NCBI GenBank assembly: GCA_964016885.1
Contig: OZ024741.1
Location: 70,122,001-70,186,000 of the forward strand
Origin: Eledone cirrhosa
Taxonomy: Eukaryota
Reading direction: 5' to 3'
Length of the DNA stretch: 64,000 nucleotides
The notes beneath the pieces were generated by a model. The model worked only from the letters and a program-made list of their open reading frames with translations. It searched no databases and had not been told where the DNA came from. Shown here piece by piece: positions 29,023 to 41,525 of this stretch (position 1 is its first letter; each line of letters begins with the position of its first letter). The position numbers and the translations under genes were made by a program.

Positions 29023-29779
29023 CTAAATGACATACACATACATGTTAAAGCATGTAAAATATGAAGAAAAATCTAAAATTAATTGTACTAAACAACAAAC
29101 AGGAAGCTTACTTGATATAAAACGAGCCTGGCCAGAGATTTGGAACCAGGTGGGCCACTGGCACAAGATTATGATTTTGAAGGGGTCATACTCGCTTAAA
29201 GTTTTACTTCTATAATTCTGTAAGCATATCATGTACGCTATTATTTTTCTTTTATGTACGCTATTATTTTTCTCCTGAAGGAGTCGTAATAGCGCCGTAC
29301 TGACATACGACGTTTCTTGGGTATTTTAGATACCTATCTCCCCTCCTGATCTGTACACAGCTGATTTCTTCCAGAGAAAGAGGGATAGAATAACAGAGAG
29401 GAAGTGAGAAAGATATACGGATAAAGAATCGAACTCAGTACTCGACTGGTATTTTTTTTATATTAGCCTCGAGATGAGGAAAGGCAAGGTTTACGTCGGC
29501 GGAATTTGAACACAGAATTTGAACACAAAGAGCTAGAACAGATAGCACAAAAGAGAGAAATATCAAAATAACTTTTTGACTAGGATGAGAGGGTCCACCA
29601 TAAATGTATACATATATATGTTTCAAATACAAACACCATGGTATTTAAAACATTGAAAACAGTGACTTCGAAGTATCAGCTCGGTCGTTTTATCTAACTG
29701 ATGAAGAAACCGAGCTGAAAGTTTGAAGGCACTGTCATTTTTCAACTTAGTGAATATATATATTTATATATACATGTGG

Positions 29780-29816
<37 letters not shown>

Positions 29817-29821
29817 CATAC

Positions 29822-29893
<72 letters not shown>

Positions 29894-29899
<6 letters not shown>

Positions 29900-30321
29900 C
29901 TAAACCTTGATTACTATATGCATTTTTTGCATGTAGGAAAACATACTTTATTATTATTAACTCCCCTGGTCGAGATAACATTTTGGTCGTTTTAACTTCT
30001 GCTATTTCTAGTGGCAGGACCTTGACCTTTCCGCCCTTGCCTTCTATCTTTACACACGGCACTAGACAAGATTGTTTCTTCATCATGGAACAGTTCATCC
30101 GGGAACAGTTCTGTATGGCGCCAGTTCGTGATTTGAACTCGGGAATTTTATATTCGCCGAGTGAGAAGAACCCTCTGACGAAAGTCTTCTTCTCATTGGT
30201 TTTCCGCGTGGATTATCCATTTATTTTGAGACTTGAAACCGCGCGGTAAGGGTAAATATAGTAGGTACAGTAAACTTTTAAAAATTTATTTTAAAACTTT
30301 TTCTCTATTTGCTAAACTTTG

Positions 30322-30325
<4 letters not shown>
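29894..30325 (+). mobile_element. Non-coding hammerhead-bearing element bounded by 20-bp direct repeats, in (TA)n
   Basis: TATTTGCTAAAC(C/T)TTGATTA at 29894 and 30306; (TA)n on both sides. Confidence 0.7.
30170..30253 (+). ncRNA. Type-I hammerhead ribozyme, intact consensus
   Basis: Stem I ACCCT/AGGGT, CTGACGA, stem II AAGTCT/AGACTT with large loop, GAAA, palindromic stem III ACCGCGCGGT, GUA triplet. Confidence 0.85.
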
Positions 30326-30367
<42 letters not shown>

Positions 30368-30381
30368 TCTATTCATAACAT

Positions 30382-30449
30382 CTCTGTCTGATGAACGATC
30401 CAGACGTATATTAATATTGTTTCGGATCCAGAAACCTCTGGTAATGGAG
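30382..30449 (+). ncRNA. Type-I hammerhead ribozyme motif (slightly degenerate)
   Basis: Stem I CTCTGT/ATGGAG (two GU), CTGATGA, stem II GATCC/GGATC, GAAA, stem III ACC-TCT-GGT, GUA triplet. Confidence 0.65.
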
Positions 30450-30452
30450 TAG

Positions 30453-30541
<89 letters not shown>

Positions 30542-30791
30542 TACATTTATATACATATATACATAGCCTGAGAACGTTGTGTTACCAATGTATACAGAAT
30601 GATACAATTACATCACTAACCTAGAATTTCATGTTAGCAGATCAAAGACTTATGTTAATGTTATACCACCACCGTTGAACATTATAAGGATGAGATACTA
30701 TCAAAGTTGATCTAACAACAAGCAGCTAATAAGATAAACATTCGATATTAGTATTACTAACAGTTACACACACACTCATACATACACTCAT

Positions 30792-30849
<58 letters not shown>

Positions 30850-30934
30850 CAGACAAGCAGACAGACAGATAGATAGATAAATATCTTTCTTATAGATGGA
30901 TAGAATGATAAATAGATAGACAGCTAGATAAATA

Positions 30935-30980
<46 letters not shown>

Positions 30981-31148
30981 CGTCAAGTATGAAATTTGTA
31001 GAAATTCGTAGAAAAAAAACAGATTTCTACAAATGTCATACTTGACGACTCACTATATATTTATATATATATATTTAAATATATATGTGTATTTATATAC
31101 ATATATATTTAAAGAGAGAGTGAGAGAGAGAGAGAGAAACAGAGAAAT

Positions 31149-31224
<76 letters not shown>

Positions 31225-31724
31225 GATAGATAGATACACATATATATGTGGGTAGTTTGCTTTACCGATATATTAAAGTAGATTTCAGTGGCGGTGTGTA
31301 TGTGAGAGTTGGAGTTCGCCGAGAGAGCATATGTTTACGATATCCACATATGTATATATATTGGTTATACGGTAGCTGAAACACTAGAAGGGAAGTGTGC
31401 TTTGAAGTACTGTCGTGTTTGACCCAAGTGACCCCTCAGATAGTTTGGGAGGAAATAGTACTTGTAATTTGTCTCACAGCCTTAGATTAGTGTTTAACTG
31501 AGACAACCAACAGGTGTGTATGTATGTGTACATGGAAGTAAGTAAGTAAGTATGTAAGTAAGTATGTATGTATAAAGGGCGGAAGAACTCATAAGAGTCA
31601 ACGGCCATCCAGAAATGTGTAAATATGTATATACATGCATGCATGTGTATATGTGTATATATATGTATATGCATGTATGCATGTGTATATATATATATAC
31701 ATGTATGAATGTATATGTATATGT

Positions 31725-32075
31725 GCGGGGACATAGAAATAATCGGGCTGGATACCCAATCGCGCAGTTAAACCAGTGGGAGGGAAGGATCCCTAGCCTT
31801 TGTTAGGGTGTTCTTCTAGCAGAAGGCAACTCAGGAAACTGGGATAACTCCGACATTAAACCTGCGGCTCAGTAGTTACCGATGATGTTGATCTTTTCTT
31901 CTTTTCGGGTTAGAGCTACTGTCGCCCAGAGAGTGGGACTGGCTCAGTGCACAGTCGTTCCTCACTTTAAAAAAAAGTCTTCACGCACAGGCATTGCACG
32001 GTAGCATTAATTGATAATTATTATTAATGTTATTCGTGCAATGGCCATATTCGATAACGAGGGGGCAGCCATCAT
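31725..32075 (+). mobile_element. Interspersed repeat, probable RTE 5' UTR
   Basis: AGAGTGGGACTGGCT..CTCACT.TAAAA..CTTCAC.GCACAGGCATTGC also present inverted at 63925-64000; lies upstream of the RTE ORF fragment. Confidence 0.5.
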
Positions 32076-32238
32076 GTAAGTATGTATGCATGTGTATTTG
32101 TATGTATGTATGAATGTATATGTATATATATGTATGTCTGTGTATGTATGTGTGTGCATGTATGTATGTGTGTTTATGTATGTATGTATGTATGTATGTA
32201 TGTATGTATGTATGTATGTATGTATGTATGTATGTATG

Positions 32239-32633
32239 TAGATAAATTTGTCTACTTGGGTAGCACACTGTCAAATGATGGCTCCTTGGATGCTGAAATA
32301 CAACTGCGCATCCAGAAGGCCTCTGTTGCTTTCGGAAAATTGGAAAAGAGAGTTTGGGCTAATCGCAGCATTACGAACAATACGAAGGTGTGTGTGCGTT
32401 CTGTCTGTTCTTTTATACTCCTCCCAAACCTGGACGCTGTTCCGTAAACATATCAAATTGCTTGAGCGTTTTCAACAGAAATGTCTAAGGCGCATATTCA
32501 ACATCAAATGTCAAGACAGAACTCCTGACATCGATATCCTTGTGAAAGCGAAATGTCCAAGGATTGAGTTTCTAGTAACATCTCATATGCGCTGGACAAG
32601 ACGTATCACTCGCATGAAAGAAAGCAGGCCAAC
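32239..32633 (+). mobile_element. RTE-BovB LINE ORF fragment
   Basis: VDKFVYLGSTLSNDGSLDAEIQLRIQKASVAFGKLEKRVW..LLYSSQTW..LERFQQKCLRRI. Confidence 0.9.
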
Positions 32634-33360
32634 GATATATATATAGGGAGACAGCCCATAGCATAGGAGAGAGATTAGATGAACACTGGAGTGAATTAAA
32701 AGGACAAAAACACAATTCAGTGCTATATGAACACGCCAGACATAATGGTAATATAGAAAACACAGAAATTAAAATAATGTCTAAACATATGAATGACTCC
32801 ACACTTAGACAAATTAGGGAGGCTACAGAAATAGAATTAAGAAAACCTAGGCTGAACAGAAAACATGAATGGAATAACAACAACCATACAGAAGCATACA
32901 CTAGTGGTCTAAGGTAGAATATAAATATACACAGATGCAATAACAACACCACACATAAACACACACTAATGACCAAAGGTAGAATATAAACACATAAACG
33001 CACACAGACTCAAGACACAAACACAGAAGCACACACCAAACAGAACACACGCACACAAACAGAAAAAAACAATATATAAATAAATAAAATAAAATAAGAA
33101 AACAATATAGCAACACAACGGGAGGAAACAGAAAAATATGATAATCACTGATGATGTCACAGATATATGTGGCGAAAGAACTTTGAGAAACTGTATTCAT
33201 ATTTAGATCTTCTTAACTGTTGGTCAAACAATGATAAACATTGGTTGCCAGGTGAATTAATTATAGAAATATAATATATACTGAAGTGAAAACCAAACCA
33301 AACAGTGAGTGTGTTTTACTATACTTGTCTGGCAATATTAGACAACATGCACCCCCCCCC
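32634..33360 (+). mobile_element. Penelope-like (Naiad-type) 3' fragment: GIY-YIG C-half plus terminal repeat
   Basis: YI(G)ETAHSIGERLDEHW..SVLYEHA..RQIREA..PRLNRKHEW (32648-32917), homologous to 57634-57951. Confidence 0.88.
33145..33186 (+). ncRNA. Hammerhead motif in the Penelope-like terminal repeat
   Basis: TCA-CTGATGA-T-GTCACA..TGTGGC-GAAA-GAACTT-TGA. Confidence 0.7.
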
Positions 33361-33364
33361 TCAA

Positions 33365-33400
<36 letters not shown>

Positions 33401-33447
33401 TATATATATTATATATATATACATATATACAGATATATATATATATA

Positions 33448-33570
<123 letters not shown>

Positions 33571-33589
33571 CTGTATACATATATGTATA

Positions 33590-33682
33590 CAGTTGTTCCC
33601 CGGTATTCGCGGGGGTTACGTTCCTAGAGCCCCGACGAAGAGTGAAAAACCGCGAATTCCGGACCGCCAATGCTTGCGTACA

Positions 33683-33685
<3 letters not shown>
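33590..33685. mobile_element. Tigger/pogo-like MITE
   Basis: TA-CAGTTGTTCCCCGGTATTCGCGGGGGTTACGTTCC start; internal CCGCGAAT inverted; CACTG end. Confidence 0.65.
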
Positions 33686-33744
<59 letters not shown>

Positions 33745-33837
33745 TCTGTTGGAAATCAATATTTCCTTATTAATTGGTGTATTGTTATCAGAATCATGAA
33801 TACTATTAAGTCGTCTGGGAATCATTAATAATACATC

Positions 33838-34000
33838 TATCTCCTTTGAAGAAAATGAAAATATCTCGTCCGATTCACCGGGTTCATTACTTATATACAA
33901 TTTAGGGTCAAGGTTAGGTTTCGGGTTAAGATAAGAGTGGAACATACGAATGAATCCGGTGAATCAGACGTAATATTTTTATTTTCTTGAAAGGAAATTT
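33838..34000. repeat. Imperfect inverted repeat
   Basis: AAGAAAATGAAAATATCTCGTCCGATTCACCGGGTTCATT / AATGAATCCGGTGAATCAGACGTAATATTTTTATTTTCTT. Confidence 0.7.
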
Positions 34001-34080
34001 ATTGCTAATGTTTACTCAGTTGTCTCAATAGAATGTTATCGATGTTTGTTTCAAGTTATTGTATTTATTATTGTTTAACC

Positions 34081-34544
34081 CAGAGGTTCTCAAACACGTT
34101 GTGGCAACCCTCCACCCCCACGGCCACGTAATACTCTCAGCGCCCCTCACCCACATTTCCAGAGAGACCTGCCTATACGCAAATTGTAAATAATATATTA
34201 GAAATAAAATCATTAATTTATATATAAGTAATATAATTGTTTCTACTTTTGGCACAAGGCCAACCATTATCCCAGTGCATTACTGGTACTTTATTTTATC
34301 GACCCCGTAAGGATGAAAGGCAAAGTTAACCTCGGCTGGATTTGAACTCAGAATGGCAAGAGCCGCAACTCTGTATAAATGAATATTATATAGTTTTTAT
34401 TTTACTATATTTAATATACCATTATATCATTTCTACTGCTCCCCACTGCCACCGTAGGCTCCAGCGCTCCCTGAACCTTCACAATGCCCACCCGGTGGGA
34501 TGGGGTGGGCTGGGGTACGGTAACGCCCACTTTGAGAACTTCTG
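34081..34544. mobile_element. hAT MITE with 8-bp TSD, interrupted by a SINE family A copy (34237-34375, -)
   Basis: TIRs CAGAGGTTCTCAAA / TTTGAGAACTTCTG; TSD GTTTAACC at 34073-34080 and 34545-34552. Confidence 0.88.
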
Positions 34545-34723
34545 GTTTAACCCACGGCCAGACGTGATCGAGAAGCCTAAGCATTAAAAGCGTGCAAGTC
34601 AATGAAGTTTGTGTTTCCTTCTTAGAATATATCAACAATGGACAACGTCAAAGAGATATCAACACTGAGAACGTTCTACGCATGACAGATAACAGAGATT
34701 AGTGGCCATTATTGTCAGTTGTT

Positions 34724-34940
34724 AGGGTGGTGCAGTTTCGGTAGAGGGTCAGATGCTATGCTTTACAGCAAAGAGTTACGGCCCTTTAGGATCTGCGTTT
34801 AAATCCCGCCGAGGTTAACTTTGCTTTTCATCCTTACGGGGTCGATAAAATAAAGTATAAGTCACGAACCGGAGTCGATTTAATCGACTTTCCCTCCCCC
34901 CAAAATTGATGGCCTTGTGCCTATATAAGAAACCATTTTT
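34724..34940 (+). mobile_element. SINE family A
   Basis: Head and core motif. Confidence 0.85.
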
Positions 34941-35094
34941 GTCAGTTGTTTGCCTAAAACGTCTAGAGTGGCAGCCCAATGGATGACTGTCAAGCTACGG
35001 GAAGAAGATGATGATGACAACATCATTTAATATGTTCAACTCTTGTAAAAACAATACGGTGTGATTTAATCCCAGAAGAGATTAGTTACTTAAC

Positions 35095-35215
35095 TAATAA
35101 TAAAATTGAAGCAAAAATCATAGTGTGTGTGTTTGGCAACATGACCAAAGTAGAACAGTTTCTGTTTCAACCACGATCTCACATCACGAATCTTGCAAAA
35201 CAAATACAATAAAAC
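35095..35215 (+). mobile_element. Penelope-like terminal repeat fragment
   Basis: TTGGCAACATGACC..CACGATCTCACATCACGAATCTTGCAAAAC similar to reverse complement of 56845-56930; runs into (TA)n. Confidence 0.6.
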
Positions 35216-35217
35216 TA

Positions 35218-35264
<47 letters not shown>

Positions 35265-36082
35265 ATGTGTATCCCGGGTTCAATCGGGGGTAACAACAGT
35301 CAGTAAGTATGGTACTCAATACATAGCAGTGTATAAATATCTAGTCCTGTAGAAGTCATTTATATATATATATATATATATATATACATACATACTTATA
35401 TATATGTATCTGTGTGTGGTTAGATAGACAGACAGACAGATAGATATATAGATAGGTAGATAGATAGATAGGTAGATAGATAGATAGATAGATAGGTAGA
35501 TAGATAGATAGATAGATGAGTGTAGAGAGAAAATGCGAACGGAAGGGAAATGAATCAAACTAAATGTAATAAAGGAAAAAAAAAAGGGAAGAATTTTTGT
35601 ATGTTTAAATAAAGTTAACAACCATGACGGTAGAAAATAAAATAGACTAGAGGGGTAGATAAAGTATGAGAAAAAGACGTGTCTTCATTATATCATGCCA
35701 ATGACATTTACCAAAACATCACATTGATAACTTATGAAAAGGGGGAATGGAAATGAAACCATATACATTAATAAGCATATATACACATACAAACAGATAC
35801 ACACATAGATCCTCACACACACAGATACACATACACACACAAACACACACAGACACACACACATGCACACTCACACATACACAAACGTGTGTGTGTACAT
35901 GCTTATTAATGTATATAACTTCATTCCCTCTCACTTTCCATAAGTTATTGTAATGTTTTACCAAAATATAATACGTATTTTTTTTTTCTCTAAAATAATT
36001 TTTTTCCGTTTCTTCCTATTTGAAATAGTTACATTCGAAACGTTAAAACCCTACTATATCAAGCGTTAAACTAATATATATA

Positions 36083-36140
<58 letters not shown>

Positions 36141-36193
36141 ATCATTGTATTGTATCGTTTTGCTATGCTGTTTTCCGTTTACTTTTCGGACGC

Positions 36194-36262
<69 letters not shown>

Positions 36263-36539
36263 AAACCGTGAACCTAATTTAGCATTCCTGTGTTTGTTTT
36301 GTTTCCTTTATTATCTCTCTCTATATATATTCCATGAAGATAACAAACTACAGTGTGTTCACTGTTATGAAACATTGACAATTATAAATATGAAGCCACT
36401 CAATATTTGCCGACATTGAAAGACAAAACATAAAAGAAATATCTACAAACCATTTTGAATATTTTCAAAGAAGACGGCAAGAACTATTTTTGCAGAAAAA
36501 ATTCAATAGTAAAAATAGCTTCTGGCTTTGATAACTCTT

Positions 36540-36815
36540 TCTACTTTTGGAACGAGGCCAGCAATTTGAAAGGGGAGGGAAAGCCGACTAAATCGACCTC
36601 AGTACGTTAATGGTAGTTTATTTTATCGACCCCGGAAGGATGTAAAGCAAAGTTGACATCGGCGACATTTGAACTCAGAACGTAGAAAGCCGTAACGATA
36701 TACTGCAAATCATTTCACCCGACGTGCTAACAATTCTGCCAAGGCCATGACTATATGACACAAAGCATGGTATCCCACGCTCTACCGATACTCCTAAACC
36801 ACCATCCTACTGGCT
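36540..36815 (-). mobile_element. SINE family A
   Basis: Family A core motif plus a second head fragment. Confidence 0.8.
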
Positions 36816-36986
36816 GTGATAATAAAAACGTCGTGTATGCATTTTAGGCATGATATATCTCAATATGTCTCAACTAATATCAAAGATTTGAAAACCACTC
36901 ATAATAAATAGCGTAAGAACTGTTTTTACCTACTGTCAAACCAATCGCTGTAATGCAAATACGATATGTGCTTCGTAAAAAATATA

Positions 36987-37326
36987 GAACACAGACGCAG
37001 AAAAAAACTGTAAATCATTGCTATGAATAGCTTAGAAAAGTAGGTAAAGAATCCCCTTATAGACAGGAAGAAGGGGCCAGCGGTCGCTATGAAGAATCGA
37101 ACTCCATATATTTCACATACCGACTTACTGTTCTAACCATTGAGTTGAACGTTCCCTCAATAATTAGCTCAATGGATAGAGCAGGCAGCCAATATCTGAA
37201 AGATAGGCTCGATTCTTCATAGTGATCACTGTCACTTTTCTCCGTTTATAAAGGGGTAATTATCCGATTTTCTAAGCTATCTATAGTGACTAACTGTATT
37301 TACAGTTATTTTCTGCGTCTGAGTTC
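36987..37326. mobile_element. Palindromic element with two divergent tRNA-like heads
   Basis: Arms inverted end to end; + arm TAGCTCAATGG (37165) and GGCTCGATTC (37206); - arm CAACTCAATGGTTAGA..AGTTCGATTC; related fragment at ~17840-17910. Confidence 0.7.
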
Positions 37327-37769
37327 ACCTACATTTTCTTTGAGCCTCATAATCTTTCAGCGCTTCAAAAGTTCAAACTATGATATGGTTTTATTACCAA
37401 ACACCAATGTTAAGTCGCGAGTACAAGACATGCCTGCTAAAGTAAAAACATCAGCTAGTGGAAAGAATGCTTAACTCTTTAGCATATAAACCGGCCATAT
37501 CCAGCCAGAATTCTCTCACCTCTTTCTGTTCAAACCAGTCACTCATACTGACATTAAGGTATTGTTCTCAAAATAAATACTATCAAAATCTCGTAGATTC
37601 GATAATATGTAAGATAATTATGTAAGATAAAACATTTACCACAAAAATACAATAGTAATATATGTAAATGCTAAAGTTTTATTTTTTACAAATGTAACTA
37701 ACTGTCGATTTATTTACATTCACGTGACATGAATTTGATTGTGTAATCAGTGAACCATTGTCAACACAT

Positions 37770-38020
37770 GCTACTGGTGTGTTTAGTTTTAATACTTTGA
37801 ATGATTTTATAATTAGTCAAAATGCATGGGGATTAGTACTGATGGTGCTGTTGTAATGCCAGGAAAATACAGAGACACCCATGGAAATATTTGAGCTATA
37901 ATACTAAATGATGAGATCCGTTGCTGCCATTTCATTGGCACCGAAAAATGTCATGAAAATTAAAGACTGAGTTAGTGAAAGCAGTACATTTTATAAAAGC
38001 CCGTTCTTTAAATTCCTAGA
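37770..38020 (+). pseudogene. hAT-Charlie-like transposase fragment
   Basis: SKCMGISTDGAVVMPGKY and VKAVHFIKARSLNS motifs. Confidence 0.7.
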
Positions 38021-38029
38021 TAACAAAAC

Positions 38030-38540
38030 CTTTCCATACCTTACATATTCACGTCATTCTCGTGATCCAGTTCAACATCCTTTCCATTTGTAACTCCATC
38101 CATACACACTTGACACTTAAATGTAGCTGTCACATTATTTAATAAACCCATCACACTATTATATTTTGGATGCGCATATCATACATTTTATGGAGTTCAC
38201 TGTAACATCCTACCCATAAATTGAACGCAGCCACCTTCCTATTCTTTCCATTTCAACAATTGTTTTACCACTTGCCATCACCTCCATCTTTCTGATATTC
38301 ACCTTCGTATCTTTCGCTTCCATACATTCCATACAACTATTTATCTTATCCCTCAGTCCATCCATACTCTTGGCTATTAACATACCCGGTCATCTGTGTA
38401 CAGGAGCTTCCATAGTAAACCCTTCTTTACACTTCGGGCCTTCGGGCCAGTACCTCCATCACTACTACAGATAGAAGTGTGCTTAATACTGATTCCTGAT
38501 GCACTCCAACCTTCACTTCAAACCGGTCAATGTTCCTGTC
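38030..38540 (-). pseudogene. RTE reverse transcriptase fragment
   Basis: FEVKVGVHQESVLSTLL..LLYTDD (YADD-type motif). Confidence 0.8.
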
Positions 38541-38756
38541 ATATATATATATATATATATATATATAGTAAAATAAAATAAAACAAGGACGATTGGTTAC
38601 TCCTTCATTACGTTTATTGGTTGGTGACGTTTCTTCACTGATCAGCTCAATGTTCGATCTGTATCGATCTAGCCCGACTCTGTAATACACGGCTCGTCAG
38701 ATCCCTTGCAATGGTAATGGAAAAATGGTGAACCTACAGTAACTCCAAGTTACACT

Positions 38757-38841
<85 letters not shown>

Positions 38842-38967
38842 GTCCTTCATCAGTGATCTTCCAGCCTTTATTGGTATTTCATCGCTTTAAAGATCATATA
38901 CCTCTGGTTGGTGCGAGCAACTGCTAAAGAAAGTCGTTGGGACACGTAAGTGGGGGGAACGAGCGAA

Positions 38968-38968
38968 C

Positions 38969-39017
<49 letters not shown>

Positions 39018-39260
39018 CGTATGCGTGTGCATATATATCACATACACTCATTTATATTTCTATGTATATATGTATGTGTGTCTATGTATGTATGTATATG
39101 TGTGTGTGTATGTGTGTATATGTATGTGTGTGTGTGCATGTCTGTGTGTGCATATATATCACACACACTCATTTATATTTCTATGTATATATGTATGTGA
39201 GTATGAATGAGTGTGTGTCTATGTATATATGTATATGTGTGTCTACGTATGTGTGTGTGG
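38968..39260. repeat. Compound microsatellite with ~120 bp tandem duplication
   Basis: GTGCATATATATCACA.ACACTCATTTATATTTCTATGTATATATGTATGTG at ~39027 and ~39147. Confidence 0.75.
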
Positions 39261-39584
39261 ATATAAATAAAATTGACGACAATCACTCCTGATTAATATT
39301 ACTGCCCCTATCAACTAGCGCTACCACCATTATAACCATCTAACCACAAACATATCTAACATCATTACTATGACACTTATCTTAACTACTGCCACCACAA
39401 CCTTTCTCATTAATGTCATCATAATCACCACAGTCACCACATCACCATCTTGACCCCACACCGCCATTACATAATACTACTACCACTACCACAGCCCCCT
39501 TGTCACCACCACTCCACCCCCTATCAAGGCCAACACCCACATAAACATACCCCCATAACAACCACAACTTCGTTTTAAGGAATA

Positions 39585-40630
39585 ATTGTTTCTACTTTTG
39601 GCACAAGGCCAGCAATTGCCCAGTACATTACTGGTACTTTATTTTATCGACCCCGTAAGGATGAAAGGCAAAGTCAACCTCGGCGGGATTTGAACTCAGA
39701 CCGCAAAGGGACGTAACTATGCTGGAAAACATGGCGTCCGACCCTCTACCGATACTGCCAATCCAGTTTTAAACAATAATCTCGGGCAATTTCGTACATT
39801 GAAGGTATTTTTTATTATTCTTGTTATTTTTAGGGCGGTGGATTGGCAGTATCGGTAGAGCGTCAGACACCATGATTTGCAGCATAGAGTTACGGCCCTT
39901 AACGTTCTGAGTTCAAATCCCGCCGAGGTTAACTTTGCCTTTCGTCCTTACAGGGTCGATAAAATAAAGTACCAGTAATGCACTGAAAATTGATGGCCTT
40001 GTGCCAAAAGTAGAAACAATTATTATTATTATTATTGGTAGAGCGTCAGACCCAAATGCTTCGCAGCATATAGTTACGGCCCTTTGCGTTCCGAGTACAA
40101 ATCTCGTTGAGGTTATCTTACTGGATCGGTAAAATAAAGTACCAGTAATGCACTGGAGTCGATTTAATCGACTTTCCCCTCCCCCATAATTGCTGGCCTT
40201 GTGCCTAAATCAGAAACCATTTTATTATTATTACCAAAGGGTGGTGGATTGGCAATATCGGTAGAGCGTCAGACATCATGATTTGCAGCATAGGAGTTAT
40301 GGCCCTTTACATTCTGAATTCAAATCCCGCCAGGTAAACTTTGTCTTTCATCCTTACGGGGTCAATAAAATAAAGTACCAGTAATACACTGTGGTAATTG
40401 CTGGCCTTGTGCCAAGAGTAGAAACATTATTATAAAATCCTTGGTGAATTGGCAGTATCGGTAGATGGTCGGACGCCATGCTTTGACGCATAGAGTTACG
40501 GCCCTTGCCATTCTGAGTTCAAATCCTGCCGAGGTTAACTTTGCCTTTCATCCTTACGGGGTCGATAAAATAAAGTACCAGTAATGTACTGAGTATTTGC
40601 TGGCCTTGTGCCAATAGTAGAAACAATTAT
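39585..40630. mobile_element. Cluster of five SINE family A copies (one -, four + in tandem)
   Basis: - 39585-39765; + 39832-40020, 40037-40220, 40239-40430, 40442-40630. Confidence 0.93.
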
Positions 40631-41214
40631 TATAAAAGCCTTGTTGTTATTCCTTCTTCTCTTGCTTTATATTGTTGTTGCTCTTATCGCCACTACTATT
40701 GTTGCTACTGCTGCTGAAGTTGTTAGATATAATGAACGTAGTAGGGTGCCTTAACCCCTTTAAATTGATGCTAAGATAAACGCCCCTTTTCTGACAAGAT
40801 ACTTCAACACTAATCTTATTGCCTGTCTTTGTAATGGTTCCTTTCTACATACCGACACCCCACCACCTCTACAGCTCTGCCAACATTCCCACCACGGTTC
40901 CACTAACATCACCACGCCTCTATCAATATGCCCACCACTCCTTCATCCACGACACCACAGTCAAGCTATAGCAACACCAGTTGGTATAACAGCTCTTCCA
41001 ACATTAAACACCACACTTCCAATTTCACAACATCTCTATCAACATCCCCTTCACCTATATCCCCCATATACATACATACATACATGAGTAAGATATTTAA
41101 AATACATTAGATATACAAAACTCTGATAGACTCATGACAAATATGCTCTCTCACTCACTCTCTGTATATATATGTGTGTGTGTATATATATATATATATT
41201 GTATATACTTCGTC

Positions 41215-41525
41215 TTTTGTATTTATTTTGTAAGATTCTTGATGTGAAACCAAGTGTCAACATGCTGTCAATAACCCACACACGGCAGTTGAGTTTTATT
41301 ATTAATCAGCTAACTAATACATTCCTTGGTTAGTTTAGTAAACAAAGCTAAAACGAAGAGGAGACACAGAGTCATTGAGTAAGTCACAGTATGTGTGATG
41401 AAAGAACTCTGACAATTAAATAACCATCAGAATGGATTAGTTATCTAAGTAATTATAAAACTGAAGTGAAATACTAGTGCGTGTGTTTGATTTGGCAGCA
41501 TGGCCCTCCCAAAGTATAACAATAT
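41215..41525 (+). mobile_element. Penelope-like terminal repeat remnant
   Basis: GTCATTGAGTAAGTCACAGTATGTGTGATGAAAGAACTCTGAC and CCCTCCCAAAGTATAACAATAT match 58153-58355; inverted TTTGTAAGATTCTTGATGTGAAA at the left. Confidence 0.75.

Noticed and set aside
38570-38860. Minus-strand CTGACGA..GAAACGTC and CTGATGA motifs in (TA)n islands
   Set aside because: Stems I and II do not pair convincingly; possibly decayed hammerheads but not supportable
39585-40630. Regularly spaced repeats resembling a CRISPR array
   Set aside because: Units are ~190-bp SINE copies with no unique spacers and no cas genes, in a eukaryotic context
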